A DNA stretch of 64,000 bases. Source: an uncultured Gemmatimonadales bacterium (GTDB lineage Bacteria; Gemmatimonadota; Gemmatimonadetes; Gemmatimonadales; GWC2-71-9). The notes beneath the pieces were generated by a model. It was given only the letters and a program-made list of their open reading frames with translations. It ran no database searches and was not told where the DNA came from. Shown in pieces: positions 59,499-64,000 of the stretch. The stretch spans positions 13,683 to 77,682 of the forward strand of contig CAVSEC010000016.1 in the NCBI GenBank assembly GCA_963726955.1, in the 5' to 3' direction. The translations under genes were made by a program, and so were the position numbers. Within the stretch, counting starts at the first letter, position 1. Each line of letters starts with the position of its first letter.

Positions 59499-60473
59499 TC
59501 ATGCCGCCCCGCCAATGAGCTCGGCAAATCTCATCAAGTCGATGTTGCCGCCGGAGACGATCACCACGATCGGGCCCCGACCCGCCTTTCCCGTCAGCGC
59601 CGCCGCGAGCGGCAGGGCGCCCGCACCTTCACTGATCACCCGCGCCTTTTCCGCCATGAGGCGCATGGCCCGGCGGGTCTCCTCGAGGCTGACCACGATA
59701 CACCCGTCCAGCAGCGGCTGCATCCGCTGCCACATCCGCGGGAAGACGCTCCGGCCGCCGGCGCCGTCCACGAAGGATGCCTCCCATTCCGTGAACGGCT
59801 GCGCCGATCCCATGGCGAAGGAGCGCGCCGCGGGCGCCGCCGTCTCCGGCTCCGCCCCCCACAGCCGGATCCCGGGGTTGAGCGCCTTGATCGCGCTGCC
59901 GACGCCCGTGATCAGGCCGCCGCCGCCGATGCTGGCGATCACGGCAACCGTGTCAGGCGCGTCCTCCAGAATCTCCAGGCCCATCGTTCCATGACCGGCA
60001 ATGAAATTGTGGTCATCGAACGGATGAATGAACGTCCCCTCGGCCCCGGGATACGACCGCGACTCCAGCGCCTGCCACGCCTCCGCGTAGGGCACCGCGA
60101 TGAGTGTCGCGCCCAGCGCCTTCATCCGCTCGATCTTCGAGGCCGGCGCGGTCTCGATCACCACGACCGTACAGGGCACACCCGCCTGCCGAGCCGCGTA
60201 GGCGACACCCTGACCGGCATTGCCGGCGCTGATGGTCCAGACACCACGCCGGCGTTCGGATTCGGAGAGCAGCGCCACGGCGTTGGCGGCGCCGCGCAGC
60301 TTGTAGGCGTTGATCGGCTGCAGGTTTTCGAGCTTCAACCGGATGTCGGGAGAGTCCGGTCCCAGCTCCAGCCGCACCAGCGGGGTGCGCACGATGGTTC
60401 CCGCCACGCGTACCCGCGCCTCCCGGATCTCGGCCAGGGTGACGGGACGGACCGGTGCAAGGCTCATGGACAT
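59499..60473 (-). CDS. PLP-dependent threonine/serine dehydratase-family enzyme (no ACT regulatory domain)
   Basis: LKLENLQPINAYKLRGA (PLP lysine), SAGNAGQGVAYAA, and the GGGGLITG phosphate loop. The ATG at 60473 was verified. Confidence 0.85.
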   Translation of the reverse strand: MSMSLAPVRPVTLAEIREARVRVAGTIVRTPLVRLELGPDSPDIRLKLENLQPINAYKLRGAANAVALLSESERRRGVWTISAGNAGQGVAYAARQAGVPCTVVVIETAPASKIERMKALGATLIAVPYAEAWQALESRSYPGAEGTFIHPFDDHNFIAGHGTMGLEILEDAPDTVAVIASIGGGGLITGVGSAIKALNPGIRLWGAEPETAAPAARSFAMGSAQPFTEWEASFVDGAGGRSVFPRMWQRMQPLLDGCIVVSLEETRRAMRLMAEKARVISEGAGALPLAAALTGKAGRGPIVVIVSGGNIDLMRFAELIGGAA

Positions 60474-60477
60474 GGCA

Positions 60478-61380
60478 TCACGCTGAGGGCGAGGATGCCT
60501 GGTGCGCCTGGAACACCAGCGACGCCGCGGCGACATCCTCGACTCCGACTCCCACGGACTTCCACAGGGTGATCTCCTCCGCGCACTGCCGGCCAGGCTG
60601 GACTCCGGCGATTACCTCACCGATCTCTGTCACTGTCGCCGGCGCCGCGATCACGTCACCCGACTCCTGTTGCGCCGCCTCGCGGGAATCGACGTACAGT
60701 CGGGCCCGGCTCAGGACCTCGTCGTCCAGCTCTCTCCACTCCGGCCGCACCGCACCCACGGCATTGATGTGCGTACCCGGCGACAGCCAGCGGCCGCACA
60801 GGACAGGCGTCCGGGAGCTGGTGGCGACGACCACCAGATCCGCCCCGCGGACGGCCTCCTCCGGCGTCGCCGTCGCCCGCACCGCGTGGCTGAGGGCGAA
60901 CCCCTCGCGGTTGCGGGGACTCCAGACCCGCACCTCTCGAATAGGGCGGACCAGCCGGAGCGCTTCCAGGTGACTCCGCGCCTGCACGCCGGAGCCGAGT
61001 ATTGCGAGCACCGAGGCATCCGCCCGGGAGAGCAGCTGGGTGGCCACCGCGCTGGCGGCGGCGGTCCGCATCTCGGTGATCAGTCGCCCATCGATTACGG
61101 CAAGCGGCTCTCCGGTTTCGGGGCGGAAGAGCAGGATCAGCGCGTGATGGGTTGGGATCCCCTCATTGTCGGGATAGAAGGTGACCAGCTTGGCTCCGAG
61201 AGCGCCAGCATACGCCGGCATGACGCCAAGGTAGCCCTGAAATGGGGACACGGGGAGGACGACGCGCACCGGTTGCACCACGCGGCCCGCGGACAGGTCC
61301 GCGAGCGCCCGCGCCATGGCGGGGATGAGATCCTGGAAGTGGAGCAGCCGCTGGACGGCATGCTCATCGAGGATGACCAT
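60478..61380 (-). CDS. ornithine cyclodeaminase / mu-crystallin family NAD(P)-dependent enzyme
   Basis: GVMPAY, GRLITEMRTAAASAVA, the Rossmann motif LAILGSGVQARSH, and GTHINAVGA. Confidence 0.9.
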   Translation of the reverse strand: MVILDEHAVQRLLHFQDLIPAMARALADLSAGRVVQPVRVVLPVSPFQGYLGVMPAYAGALGAKLVTFYPDNEGIPTHHALILLFRPETGEPLAVIDGRLITEMRTAAASAVATQLLSRADASVLAILGSGVQARSHLEALRLVRPIREVRVWSPRNREGFALSHAVRATATPEEAVRGADLVVVATSSRTPVLCGRWLSPGTHINAVGAVRPEWRELDDEVLSRARLYVDSREAAQQESGDVIAAPATVTEIGEVIAGVQPGRQCAEEITLWKSVGVGVEDVAAASLVFQAHQASSPSA

Positions 61381-61392
61381 GGATGCTCCAGT

Positions 61393-61416
61393 CGGGCACG
61401 AATGCGTGGGTGCCCG
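61393..61416 (-). terminator. 7-bp stem hairpin (CGGGCAC-N10-GTGCCCG) after the kinase gene
   Basis: Perfect inverted repeat 22 nt past the stop at 61438 and 13 nt before the next start codon. There is no U-tract. Confidence 0.3.
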
Positions 61417-61437
61417 GGGCGAGGTCTTCGAAGTCCA

Positions 61438-64000
61438 TCATTTCCCGACGCGCTGCATCAGCTCCTGGAACCAGTTCAGCACCACGACCAGATCGGCGTG
61501 CTCGTTGCCCGACTTGAGCACCAGGAAGCGGCGACCATCCCGCTCGACGTCGTAGTTGGTGTGATTGACGTTGCTCAGGTACCGGCCGCTGAACAGGACC
61601 GTCGGACTGCTGGCCTCGAAGGAAGGTGAGGTGCGTACCGATACGGCCACGAACTGATCGGTGGATCGGAAGAACAGCTCCCGCCCGTTGGGATTCCAGA
61701 GCGGCTCCGAGCCGCCGTCGTTGGAGACCTGCCACCGACCCCCCGGCCCGGGAAAGGCCCGCACATAGACCTCGTCGCGGCCCGACTCGTTCGAGGTATA
61801 GGCAAGCCAGTGACCATCCGGGGACAACATCGGCCCCCGTTCGTTGAACGGCGTGGTCACGATCGGTAGCGTTGTGGTATCGCCACTCTGGCGCCGCGCG
61901 AAGATGTCCATGGTCCCGGTTTCGTTCTGATTCTCCCGATAGACCAGATAGCGGCCGTCCGGGGAGAGGACGCCTTCGAACAGCTGGCCGGGACCACTCG
62001 CCGCCAGGCTGGCCTCGCCGCTGCCGTCCGCCGCCTTCAGGAACAGGCTCCGGATTCGCGCAGGCGGAGCCTCCGCGGAGAACAGGATCTGCCGGCCGTC
62101 CGGTGACCAGCTCGGGTAGCGCCCGTTGCTTCCGAAGGTGAAGCGGGTCAGTGTGGACTGGCCGATGCCGAAGATCCAGATGTCGAATGCCGTTCCGGTG
62201 CCGGCGACGTCGAGGGCGATGCGCCGGCCGTCAGGCGAGAAGCGGGGGGATTCCGGCGTGGTCAGCATGCCGCCAACGCCGAGGGGCTGTTCCTTGCCGG
62301 CGCGATCGATCAGGGCCAGGGTCGCCGAGGAGGCCTTGCCCGAGACGTACGCCAGGGTGCCGCCGGGCGACACCGCGAAATCGCTGTTGCCGCTGGACGC
62401 CTTGGCCAGCACTCCCTGCAGAATCGATACCGGTGTCCCGGTGATCTCGAGTCGTCCGAGGTCGAAGGGCACGGCCATCAGCGCACCATCCAGCGTACCG
62501 TAGACCAGGTGCCCGGTCGGCACGTATTGCGCGTGGGTTCCGCCGGGAATCAGCCGCTTGATCTGATGGGTCTCGAGCGACACCACGGCGATCTCGATGG
62601 GATTGTCGACCGTGGATCGCCAGATCGTGAACAGCGCCGCCTTGCCGCCGGGCAGCATCGAAGGCCAGCGGTGGCTGATCTCCTGGCGGGCGGTATCGAG
62701 GGTGGTGAGCACCTCCGGCGTGCCGCCGCCCGCGGCGACGACGGAGAGGCCTGTCGTGTTCGAGAGGTCGTAGACCAGCACGTCCGTCGAGCCCCAGGTG
62801 GCGCCGCGATTGTTGAAGGCATCCGTGATCGCGATCGGCGCACCACCGGCCAGGGCCACCTTCTTCAACTTGTTGCCGGTCGAGAAACCGATCCAGCGTC
62901 CGTCGGGGGAGAAGAACGGATTGATGGCCTCCTCCGTCCCGCCGATCGGCTTGGCCTCGAGTTGCCCCAGTTCCCGGTCGAAGAGCTGCTTCGCGCCATT
63001 CGCCGACGCGCCGGTGTAGACGAAGTGCTGCCCATCGGGTGAGATCGCCAGCGAGGAGCCATCCACGTCGGCCACCAGCGGTTGACTCGAAGGGAGCGCC
63101 ACGACGAATCGCGCGAGGGGTGCCGTCGGACGGGGGCGCGACCAGCCCCACACGGCGAGGATGGCGGTGACCGCGAGGGCGGCGAGGAGTCCCAGGGTGC
63201 GGGCGGCGGTGCGGCGGGCGAGGGGGACGGCGATACGCACATCGGTTCCCGCTCGATGCGCCGTAGCGGAAAAGGTGCTGCGGGGCGAGGCCAGGGCCGC
63301 CGCAAACTCCGCCGCCGTCGCGAACCGATCCGCCGGCAGCTTCTCCAGTGCCTGGAGCACCGCCTCTTCGACCTGGGCGGGAATGGTGCGACGCTGCAGC
63401 GTCAGCGAGCGCGGCTGTTCCGTCATCACCCGCGCGACGATGGCCTGCGCCGTCGGCCCGATGAACGGCGGCTCACCGGCCAGCATCTCGTAGAGCACGC
63501 AGCCGAGGGCGTAGACATCGGAGCGGGCGGTGATCTCGCGCTCGCCCCATCGCCTGCTCGGGCGACATGTAGGTCGGCGTGCCGAGCGACATCCCGGTCT
63601 CGGTCATCCGGGTGCCGCTCGCCTTCGCTGGACCGCCAGCGCGATGCCGAAGTCGGCCACCAGCGCGCGTCCGTCGTGCAGCAGGATGTTCTCCGGCTTG
63701 ATGTCGCGATGGATGACGCCGTGCCGGTGGGCGTAGTCCAGCGCGCCGGCGACCTCCGAGGCGATGCGCACCGCGTCGTCGATCGGGAGCTGCTTCTCGC
63801 GGTCGAGCCGGTCGCGCAGCGATTCGCCCTCGACGAAGGGCATGACGTAGTAGAGGAAGCCGTCGGCCTCGCCCGAGTCGAACAGCGGCAGGATGTGCGG
63901 GTGCTGCAGGTTGGCCGTGGTCTTGATCTCGGAGAGAAACCGCTCGGCGCCGAGCACGGCGGCGAGTTCGGGGCGCAGCACCTTGATCGCGACCTGGCGG
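61438..64000 (-). CDS. Ser/Thr protein kinase fused to a TolB-like (PD40/WD40-like) beta-propeller; 5-prime end beyond the window, two frameshifts near 63545 and 63624
   Basis: HGVIHRDIKPENILL and DFGIALA are in ORF 63604..63981. GTRMTETGMSLGTPTYMSPEQAMG is in a shifted frame. The 686-aa ORF 61438..63498 then carries a TM helix and repeated SPDG..IAF/LVY propeller blades. Confidence 0.85.

Noticed and set aside
56869-61380. A hidden MglA-like small GTPase or conservon kinase near the Roadblock genes
   Set aside because: All ORFs of credible composition in the flanks are accounted for (GNAT, DUF2277, dehydratase, cyclodeaminase). No P-loop GxxxxGK(S/T) containing ORF of 180-200 aa was seen on either strand.

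Overview
Very high-G+C (about two thirds G+C or more by eye) chromosomal segment. The gene families suggest a soil Gemmatimonadota/Acidobacteriota-like bacterium: a PadR regulator next to an ADOP-type MacB-like permease, Ser/Thr kinases fused to TPR or TolB-like propellers, HAF-repeat and 6-bladed beta-propeller lipoproteins, and an ECF42-type sigma factor next to a YCII/DGPF protein. I support about 65 protein-coding genes, mostly on the minus strand, and many are joined by ATGA/GTGA/TGATG stop-start overlaps. I found no rRNA, tRNA or CRISPR array. The only mobile DNA is a roughly 30-codon IS256-family transposase remnant and two copies of a GTCATCCCGAG-type palindromic element. At least 11 conserved genes are broken by frameshifts. 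Several of these map to homopolymer runs, so I treat most as assembly indels rather than true pseudogenes. The most unusual locus is 56869..59235 on the minus strand. It holds two tandemly duplicated Roadblock/LC7 genes (402-nt blocks, exact 623-nt period), a stand-alone Aer-type PAS protein and a signal-less PhnD-like binding protein, with no GTPase, kinase or MCP partner. Other points of interest are a seven-gene translationally coupled operon of unknown pathway (40271..46531), a secreted-paralogue/NIPSNAP cluster with a decayed third copy (12239..14706), a perfect 14-bp inverted repeat in front of padR, and an orphan HipA-like kinase. All family assignments come from reading motifs by eye and no database was searched.
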